The notes under the pieces were generated by a model, which saw only the letters and a list, made by a program, of their open reading frames with translations, did no database searches and had not been told where the DNA came from. A stretch of DNA of 51,576 nucleotides, taken from IMG/VR virus record IMGVR_UViG_3300038330_000010, positions 1 to 51,576 of that record, one strand, 5' to 3'. The first letter of the stretch is position 1, and every line of letters begins with the position of its first letter. Position numbers and translations under genes: made by a program. The DNA is from a virus. Its lineage: Duplodnaviria > Caudoviricetes. Shown piece by piece: positions 44,913-51,576 of this stretch.

Positions 44913-45542
44913 TCATCGAAAACTAGGTGGCGGTCTGCTCCCACCATGATTCTGTCTCCGCAGATACTTGTACCTATGGTTAGTATCCCGAGGTCGAGTA
45001 TCCGTATCTACAATCCACTCATGGGCAGTCAACACCATCGTAGCTGGGACCAGGGCAATCACTGTGGGTGGCACCACAACTACCAAAGGCATAGCTTCTA
45101 AGGTGAGCAATCCTGGTTGCAGAGGAATGGCGCCCTGCATTATGACGGACAGGGCTTGTGCCTCCAGAGCCATGCTTGCTGGTGTTAGCGGAACGATAAC
45201 TGGAACAAGCAGTACCTGAGCGTCTAGAGTAAGACTGGCTGGCACCAGCTCTACGACCACAGGCTGGTTGGCATCGACGATGAATACCTGTGCCTCTAGT
45301 ATCTGAGCAGCGGGTGTAAGTGGAACAACGAGTGGTGCAGGTGTAGGCACAAGAGCCTGTGCATCCAGTGTCTGTGTAGCCGCTGTCAACGGTACAGCAA
45401 GCGGTGCCACGACCACCGTGAAAGACAGAGCCGTTAAGGTTTGAGTAGCCGGCGTAAGGACGATTACGACCGGGGCTTGAACTGTACGGCGAAGCCGCCT
45501 TAGTTGAGTAGGATACCACCAATGGCGGTAGACACCAGCCAC
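44913..45542 (-). CDS. Virion protein made of seven ~22-aa hydrophobic repeats
   Basis: V.L.PA...L.A..L repeated seven times. Confidence 0.7.
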   Translation of the reverse strand: MAGVYRHWWYPTQLRRLRRTVQAPVVIVLTPATQTLTALSFTVVVAPLAVPLTAATQTLDAQALVPTPAPLVVPLTPAAQILEAQVFIVDANQPVVVELVPASLTLDAQVLLVPVIVPLTPASMALEAQALSVIMQGAIPLQPGLLTLEAMPLVVVVPPTVIALVPATMVLTAHEWIVDTDTRPRDTNHRYKYLRRQNHGGSRPPPSFR

Positions 45543-45543
45543 A

Positions 45544-46017
45544 TCAACCTAGCTCGCCCCAGATCATGCCATACGAGAAGGTCATAGAGGCATCCGGTGC
45601 GACCGGGAATCTAAGGCCAACATTGTCATTGGTGGTCCCTCCCATGATGGTGACCCGCTCCTCTGGAACTGGAAGGTAAAGCCATCCGTTCTGGACGTGG
45701 AAGGCATCGAATATAAGGTCAACAGGTGTCGCTGCGATAGTTGGTGCTGCCAAGGCAGCGACGGCGGAGGTAGCATCTGTCGATCCTCGTAGCTCCTGCT
45801 CGGTGAGGGCGGTTCCTGCGGTAGCGGGTCCATCGTTAACATAGAGGGATATCTCCTGTACCTCAGACACGGGATCAGTACCTTCTGCAGGACCTACCCA
45901 TGCACGAAGGATCTCAATCCGTGTAGCTGCTGGGACCTGTAGCTCGATAATGGACCCTGCTGCTGAGAAGGCATCCGAGTCACTGGTGGCTGAGAAAATA
46001 CCGTTGTATTGGGTCAT
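45544..46017 (-). CDS. Accessory structural protein
   Basis: Beta-rich; LYLPVPEERV...W.E C-terminus. Confidence 0.65.
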   Translation of the reverse strand: MTQYNGIFSATSDSDAFSAAGSIIELQVPAATRIEILRAWVGPAEGTDPVSEVQEISLYVNDGPATAGTALTEQELRGSTDATSAVAALAAPTIAATPVDLIFDAFHVQNGWLYLPVPEERVTIMGGTTNDNVGLRFPVAPDASMTFSYGMIWGELG

Positions 46018-46021
46018 GGCC

Positions 46022-47869
46022 TCACATCCTGATTGTAGTACGTTGCTCTCTGCCGCGGGGTACCCGAGCTACCTCTGGCCCTGCTGCCACCACATAGGTC
46101 ATATCTACGACAAGGCCGGACACCTGCAACTCGGCAACGGTGGCTACCGGCAGGGGATGGACGATGACATGCTGGGCCCGCCAAGCCGCAGAAACGTCCT
46201 TGGCGAAGGTGCCTGGGTTCTGAGCAGCGCCGGTGGTCAACGACCGCTCGGCAGAGGCGATCAACCCACCGAGGTTGGTCCCTGCGGTGCCGCAGGACTT
46301 CTGGCGAGGTGGGCTTGGGGTGTAGTTGGTGGGCGGGGTATTCGACCAGGTGTCGTCGTCGGCTTCCTCCCCCGCTGCCCCGTAGAAAGCGATGAACAGA
46401 TAATCCTTCGACGTGCCACCAGCAGGAGTGACCGAAGGTGGGTCGGGAGTGGCCGAGGTACCGGTGGCAGTAGTGGCGATCTGCGGGTCGATGGTCTTGT
46501 CGGCGCCGGAAATCCGGTAGACGATGGTGGCGTCCCTGGTGTTCGCCGATGAGGTGAAGGTCGGGTCGGATGGGACCCCGGCCCCGATGTAGTGGAGGAT
46601 CTTCAGCCCGTTGGCCGCCGCTTCATCGAGTAGCTCCTCCCAATCGGTAAGGGCATTGAGGGTGGCCGACGTCGAGCCGATGTCCATCAGGATCAAGGTC
46701 TCGTCGGCGGCTTCGATCCCAGCGGGCAGGGTGACCTGGTGGCTGGTTCCGGCAGTGTTGGTGCTGTCCTCAGACACCCCTTCCACTACCGGAAAGGCGG
46801 TCGGGTTAGTCCGCTCCCAGCGGAGTCGAAGTCTGGCCCCATCCCACGTTGTCTTGTCGCTGGCAACAAGGCCGGTGAGGGTGATGGCCGAAGTGTTGCC
46901 AAACGACGAATCGGCGGTGACCGCTGCCACCTGCACCTCGTCGGATAGGGCGGTTGACTCGTCCGACTGATAGAGGCGGGCGTAGAGGGTGACGGTGCCC
47001 TTGCCGTTGTACGCCTGCCCCCGGTAGCGCACCGTGATCGTGGCTGATTGAGCCTCATCGAAATCGGAAGGCATATCGGTGAGCAGATAGAAGGTTTGCC
47101 CCGCATCATCGGTGTTGTTGTTCCAATCCGAGTCCGAAGGAGAGGAAGGCAGATCATCGACCGAGGCCCACAAATCAGAGGTGGCATCACCTTCGTCCAC
47201 GACATCGGTAATGGCACCTTGGGCGGTAGGAGAAAGGGCAACGGTGTCGGTTCCGCCTCCACCACCAACAGGGAGAACAAGGACCGTAAACGCAGCCCAC
47301 GGATCGGCAGGGCAAGTGAACGTGCCGGGATTTGCAGAAGTTCCGGTAAAGGCAAGCGAGGCGATCCCGATACCGGTATTAACCCCGTCCTCAACGGTGG
47401 CCGTGTTCCCATAACCAGCGGGGAAGCCGGTCATTTCCCCATCCTCGCTCCCAGCAAAAGCAACGGCCAGATGATCGGCTGAGGCCCCTGCTGTGGCCGT
47501 ATCAGGATCAGGGTTGGCCGAGTTCCCGGTCGCTCCGGTAGAACGGACTAGATCACCTAGATTCCCCGACCAATCCTCAATCTGGGTGGCAGCGAAACAC
47601 CAGAGGCCTGCTCCGACCGTGGCTGCAACCGTGGCCCCTTCCGATCCAGTGGCTTCCTTCGCCCACAAGGACAGTTCATAATCATCGGCGGAAGGCCCAA
47701 CCGCAGTCCCGACCTCGGTGAAGCCGGTGATCGAAGTGACGCCGAGAGTCCCGAATGCGCCGATCAGAATCAGGTTGCCTGCGACCAACGAAGCTGGCAG
47801 GTTGACCGAAATAGAACCGCCAGTAGTATCGAAATCTGTGGCTTGAGTAACTACCGCTGGGGAGGCCAT
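46022..47869 (-). CDS. Mosaic multi-domain virion fibre/adhesin
   Basis: Two copies of a V.LPA...AG....I / T.....PDP domain; Thr/Ala/Gly-rich; more GC-ending codons than its neighbours. Confidence 0.7.
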   Translation of the reverse strand: MASPAVVTQATDFDTTGGSISVNLPASLVAGNLILIGAFGTLGVTSITGFTEVGTAVGPSADDYELSLWAKEATGSEGATVAATVGAGLWCFAATQIEDWSGNLGDLVRSTGATGNSANPDPDTATAGASADHLAVAFAGSEDGEMTGFPAGYGNTATVEDGVNTGIGIASLAFTGTSANPGTFTCPADPWAAFTVLVLPVGGGGGTDTVALSPTAQGAITDVVDEGDATSDLWASVDDLPSSPSDSDWNNNTDDAGQTFYLLTDMPSDFDEAQSATITVRYRGQAYNGKGTVTLYARLYQSDESTALSDEVQVAAVTADSSFGNTSAITLTGLVASDKTTWDGARLRLRWERTNPTAFPVVEGVSEDSTNTAGTSHQVTLPAGIEAADETLILMDIGSTSATLNALTDWEELLDEAAANGLKILHYIGAGVPSDPTFTSSANTRDATIVYRISGADKTIDPQIATTATGTSATPDPPSVTPAGGTSKDYLFIAFYGAAGEEADDDTWSNTPPTNYTPSPPRQKSCGTAGTNLGGLIASAERSLTTGAAQNPGTFAKDVSAAWRAQHVIVHPLPVATVAELQVSGLVVDMTYVVAAGPEVARVPRGREQRTTIRM

Positions 47870-47879
47870 CTACGGCCTA

Positions 47880-48302
47880 CTAACTCAAACGAAGGACATC
47901 ATTCGGGGTGGTGACTGTGTACCCCGCTCCGTTAGCAGCCGCACCAAACCCTGAGTCATGGAAGGAGATTGGAATGTTGGACCCGTCTGCCCCTACATGA
48001 AGGTAAATAACAGCAGCGGTTGGCGTGTTCGCTGTGAGGGCACCGAAGTCAACAGTGGCACAGTCGAAATTGGCTCTGTTGTTGGCGTCGTCTTGAGTGA
48101 CAGTCTCGCTGGTGAGAGCCTGACGAGCGTAGGAACCACCCGAGGCTTCTGTGTTAGCTGCCAGGACTGCGGTGATCGTGGCGTGATCGGGGTTGAATGT
48201 GAGGGCTCCGACCAGGAGCAGCATGCGGATATCTGCGGTCTCCAGATCAATGTCGGCTCGAAGAATCTCAGCCTTACCAACATTGTATGTGCCCTCAGCC
48301 AC
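47880..48302 (-). CDS. Accessory structural protein
   Basis: IDLETADIRMLLL...GGSY...DDANNRANFDC pattern common in phage fibre-associated genes. Confidence 0.7.
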   Translation of the reverse strand: MAEGTYNVGKAEILRADIDLETADIRMLLLVGALTFNPDHATITAVLAANTEASGGSYARQALTSETVTQDDANNRANFDCATVDFGALTANTPTAAVIYLHVGADGSNIPISFHDSGFGAAANGAGYTVTTPNDVLRLS

Positions 48303-48304
48303 TG

Positions 48305-48649
48305 TTAGACCTCAGCGTAAGTGCCATGCCCAGCAACGACAGTGGCGGCACCTAGTGTAAGAGCAAGGCGCTCCCCTACATTGGTTTCCAGGATGCCCTG
48401 ATCGTCGTCGCCAAAGGCATAGAAAAGGTCCGACGTGGCAAATGCCATCGGACCTGAAATTGCTGTGGATGTTCCTGTGATCCAGGTGAGGGTTTGACCG
48501 TTGGCCATCTTCAGGAACGCATTGAGCAGGACAATTCTCTTGCCTGGTACAGCGGCTACAACCTGATGGGTGGCTGCTGTGTTTTGGTTGAAAAGGAATC
48601 GCTTGGTAGGGTGCCTACCATAGAGATGCTGGGATAGATTGTCGCCCAT
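48305..48649 (-). CDS. Accessory structural protein
   Basis: VVAAVPGKRIVL...ISGPM...LET..GE.L jelly-roll-like pattern. Confidence 0.65.
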   Translation of the reverse strand: MGDNLSQHLYGRHPTKRFLFNQNTAATHQVVAAVPGKRIVLLNAFLKMANGQTLTWITGTSTAISGPMAFATSDLFYAFGDDDQGILETNVGERLALTLGAATVVAGHGTYAEV

Positions 48650-48679
48650 GGGTCAGAGCATAGCAGGAGTAATGCCGTG

Positions 48680-49330
48680 TTAGTTGATTAGGTAAGCAAA
48701 AGTCCCAATAACTTCAGAATCCGTATCAATAGTATTCGGTGCAGTGGGAGACCACGCTTCATTAGCAAAAGCCGTACCAAAAAGCCCAGTAGCAGTAACA
48801 CCAGTGTCATAGGACAGGAACCAAGTGTTACGAAATACCCCAGGGTTATGAATGGTCAACCCACCAACAACGGCAAAATCAATGTATTCGGAATTAGGTG
48901 TTACTGGAACACTCACCCGATACAAGCCCGATCCGAACGTAGTTGTACCGCCCATCTCAATCTTGAAGAACCCTCTCACCTGTTTGCCAACAGTCTGATA
49001 AAAGCCCTCAATAGTACCATTACCAATCACTGGGTTAGTTGTGGTGCCGGTCCATACAGGTACATAGGTAGATACTAGCCCTGCCTCTAGGAAATACTGG
49101 GTGTGATCGTCGTCGGTCAAACCTGTAAGTGCTGTGCCATGGTCAAGCTGACCACCCTGCAAGCCTGTGGAGACATGGCTGTGATCCGCTGACTCTAAGC
49201 GGTACCCAGTGTGAGGGTCTGCTAGACCAGCATGGGTCGAGATTGACGAGGCTATCTCTAGCTGGACCTGCTTAGTGAAGCGGTCTGGGGCTAGTAGTAC
49301 CGCACCGCCAGGAAGGTATTGTTTAGCCAT
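48680..49330 (-). CDS. Second fibre protein
   Basis: DPHTGY and DHGTALTGLTDDDHTQY; YVPVWTG..NPVIGNG..G.Y..VGK receptor-tip-like domain. Confidence 0.75.
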   Translation of the reverse strand: MAKQYLPGGAVLLAPDRFTKQVQLEIASSISTHAGLADPHTGYRLESADHSHVSTGLQGGQLDHGTALTGLTDDDHTQYFLEAGLVSTYVPVWTGTTTNPVIGNGTIEGFYQTVGKQVRGFFKIEMGGTTTFGSGLYRVSVPVTPNSEYIDFAVVGGLTIHNPGVFRNTWFLSYDTGVTATGLFGTAFANEAWSPTAPNTIDTDSEVIGTFAYLIN

Positions 49331-49339
49331 GAGAGCAGA

Positions 49340-49630
49340 TCACGGTACGTTTATCCGCTGTTGAATCAATACCCGGACGTCAGCGGTGGCAGCCCCCACA
49401 ATCCCGAAGAGGCGGTCTGAATCCTTGCCAGTCAGAGACTTATGGGCCTCGTCAGAGGGGCTAAACACGTCCCCGGCCTCAAGGGGAAAGCCATTAGCGG
49501 TGGTTACGGTGCTATCGCCTAGAAAGATAGTGGCTGAGTGGTTATTCTTCAGTATATAGGACGGATACTGAGTGCCCTGAATCACTGTGGCTGAGGTAGT
49601 GACTGAGGTAACGAACTGTCTAGCGGCCAT
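49340..49630 (-). CDS. Small beta protein (capsid decoration-like)
   Basis: IFLGDSTVTTANGFPLEAG; start MAARQF at 49630. Confidence 0.65.
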   Translation of the reverse strand: MAARQFVTSVTTSATVIQGTQYPSYILKNNHSATIFLGDSTVTTANGFPLEAGDVFSPSDEAHKSLTGKDSDRLFGIVGAATADVRVLIQQRINVP

Positions 49631-51576
49631 TATTTCTGTCCTCGTTCCTTCTGCGCCGGGCCTCAGCGTGACTGATACCACGGCCCCCATCAGTGTCGGG
49701 TTTTGACCTATCTATGTAGGATTGCTGTGCTAACCGGGGAGGCATGGTGTCCTGGTATGGATGCTTGACCCCGTTGTAGCCTCCGCTGGTGGGGACTTTG
49801 AGAGTTTTCGGTATCTTGTACCTATTAGCCTCAAGGAACCAGTGTCCGTGAACCATATCATCCGTAGGACTATCTGGCCATTCAACAAGCTCAGCCTTGA
49901 ACTCATTGATCTTTGCCCGAGTCTTGAGGTCGTCACCGGAATACGGAAGGTCAACACGACCATCTCTATATCTGGGTCGGAGTACCTGGACACCATACTC
50001 CTCGTCCGCTTTCTTAGGCGTAGTCTCGTGGCCCTTAATATGCGTGGCATTTATCTTCATCCACTCCTGTACGAAGGTGTGCTGGAAGAGGTACCTCTGG
50101 GCGGCATTTTGCTCAACGATCCAGAGACCGATAGGCCACCCCATATCTCTCGACCTCTTCTGCCAGGTATCCAGAACTCCATGGTATGCCCTGTCCCTAG
50201 GGGAGTATGAGAGGAAGCTGTCCGCTGATAGCCTCGCTCGGATGATGTCAACGAGGAAATCTTCATCGGTGTTGTCATTCCATATCCACCACTGTATTGA
50301 CCACCAGTTTACTGCGCTCGGATCCACCGTAGCTATGGAGAAACAGTCCTCTTTCGGGGTAGTACCGTCGTCTGCCTGCTCACTGAGGTGCTTGGGAATC
50401 TGTAGCAAGGTACGGTTGTAGTTAAAGCAGCCGGGGTACAGGATCCCATCCTGACCTACACCCCCTGTCAACCAGACCTCTTGAATCAAGTTGTCCTCTG
50501 TGGACTCGTCTGCCTGGTTATAGGTCAGTTCATATTTCCTGGCATTAGCGTTCTTAGCCCGCATGAGGTCGTAGAACTTGAAGCGGAGCGGATCGAGCAG
50601 ACAGTCTATGTGGTCCGCCTGCTTCATAGAGGACAGATTGTGGCATTTTGAGTCGTCGTGGGCGGGGAACTTAACGTACTTGTAGATCCTCTGGCGTATA
50701 CGAACAGGCTGTACGTAGCCATCTTCATCAGGAGTGAGGTTCTCGACTGTCTGTAGGTCAGAGCTGTCTATGCCGTAGTTGTCTACCAGCTCCTTAGCCA
50801 GCTCCTCCCTAATCTCTTCCATCTGCTCAGCGTCCATATTAGGACTGATGCGTGCGGCCAGAAGCTCGTCAAAGTCGTCGTCTGTGGCGAAGGTCATATC
50901 TCGACAGTGACGAAACAGGTCATATTTGCCGAATCTTGTTCCAATCAGCCCAATCATACCCCCCGGTTCAGCCCTAGATACGGCATACTCTTCCCACCAC
51001 TCTGCGAGGTCGTCACGCTTTTCCGGCGCATCGGAGTTCTTGTCGTCCACCAGGTCATCCCACAGGTTCATATCGTATCTGCCACCCAAGAAGTGCATCT
51101 GGTAGGACAGGGCAGTAACGGTAGATTCTTTCTCCCCCGCCATGAACACCGCAGCATTAGCCCGGATGATATCCCATATCTCGTCCTGCTCGTTGTCGAG
51201 CCTGCGTTTGACATGCGGATCCTCAGCATCAAACCCGGACAGGGCTAGCATGTAGCCAATGCTGGCTTCCTGTCCAGTGACCCCATCGACCAGAAACTCG
51301 TCCTGTCTCCACACCTCTGTTTCTTCAGGCTTGAAGTTGCCAAAGTCCACATTGAGCAGGGTGTTGCGTTCTAAGGTGTTTCTGAGCCGCCTGGTATACT
51401 TCGTTGCCTGTGGGGTCGTGTTGCTACCCAGCGCCACACGCAGATCCCTGTTACGACAGATAGCCCATGCTGGTAGGTCGTGAGTCATGGTAGTGGTTTT
51501 ACCACCCCCAGGCGGGGTATTCAGAACCCCACGAATCCTCTCTTCCTTCTGTTGAGCCTCGATCAGCCAGCTCATA
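49620..51576 (-). CDS. terL: Terminase large subunit, 3' part
   Basis: PPGGGKTT Walker A, GGRYD..LWDD Walker B, IGTRF, VDPS, VEQNAAQ, TDDMV nuclease acidic residues. Confidence 0.93.
   Translation of the reverse strand, partial: MSWLIEAQQKEERIRGVLNTPPGGGKTTTMTHDLPAWAICRNRDLRVALGSNTTPQATKYTRRLRNTLERNTLLNVDFGNFKPEETEVWRQDEFLVDGVTGQEASIGYMLALSGFDAEDPHVKRRLDNEQDEIWDIIRANAAVFMAGEKESTVTALSYQMHFLGGRYDMNLWDDLVDDKNSDAPEKRDDLAEWWEEYAVSRAEPGGMIGLIGTRFGKYDLFRHCRDMTFATDDDFDELLAARISPNMDAEQMEEIREELAKELVDNYGIDSSDLQTVENLTPDEDGYVQPVRIRQRIYKYVKFPAHDDSKCHNLSSMKQADHIDCLLDPLRFKFYDLMRAKNANARKYELTYNQADESTEDNLIQEVWLTGGVGQDGILYPGCFNYNRTLLQIPKHLSEQADDGTTPKEDCFSIATVDPSAVNWWSIQWWIWNDNTDEDFLVDIIRARLSADSFLSYSPRDRAYHGVLDTWQKRSRDMGWPIGLWIVEQNAAQRYLFQHTFVQEWMKINATHIKGHETTPKKADEEYGVQVLRPRYRDGRVDLPYSGDDLKTRAKINEFKAELVEWPDSPTDDMVHGHWFLEANRYKIPKTLKVPTSGGYNGVKHPYQDTMPPRLAQQSYIDRSKPDTDGGRGISHAEARRRRNEDRNNGR
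51057..51576. repeat. Terminal direct repeat, copy 2
   Basis: Matches 1-520. Confidence 0.97.

Noticed and set aside
50700-51290. TerL insertions as inteins
   Set aside because: No N-terminal Cys/Ser block, His-Asn end or LAGLIDADG motif.

Overview
The window is an apparently complete, circular ~51.06 kb tailed-phage genome. Positions 1-520 repeat at 51057-51576 with 18 synonymous differences. The host is probably an actinobacterium (WhiB gene, AGAAAGGAGG-type RBSs, an LPxTG-anchored Thr-rich protein, actinophage-type holin). The architecture looks podovirus-like: there is no tape measure gene, but there are large ejection-type proteins and adaptor/nozzle-like genes. The + strand (1375-25160) carries small early genes, RepB-primase/helicase, a SNF2 helicase, a nucleotide-modification operon (DUF6378, MazG, two tandem thymidylate-synthase-fold genes that both have the dCMP-type Asp, dCMP deaminase), a UDG-PolA fusion, a Cas4-like/AAA/SSB/VRR-NUC module and an M15-like endolysin. 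The - strand carries TerL (wrapping the junction, with a fused N-terminal HTH), accessory virion proteins, portal, internal proteins, scaffold, MCP, tail proteins and holins. No integrase was seen. The most striking feature is a 933-bp block (1025-1957) between the divergent arms that has zero CC and only four GG dinucleotides. It contains two LexA-box matches, two genes with no Pro and almost no Gly, GG-free Shine-Dalgarno variants and a closing hairpin. It is followed at once by a CC/GG-dense array of GGAGG-W-CCTCC palindromes. This suggests an undescribed motif-free 'first-entry' module, possibly tied to defence evasion or to the phage's own cytosine modification. All assignments come from reading motifs by eye; no searches were run.
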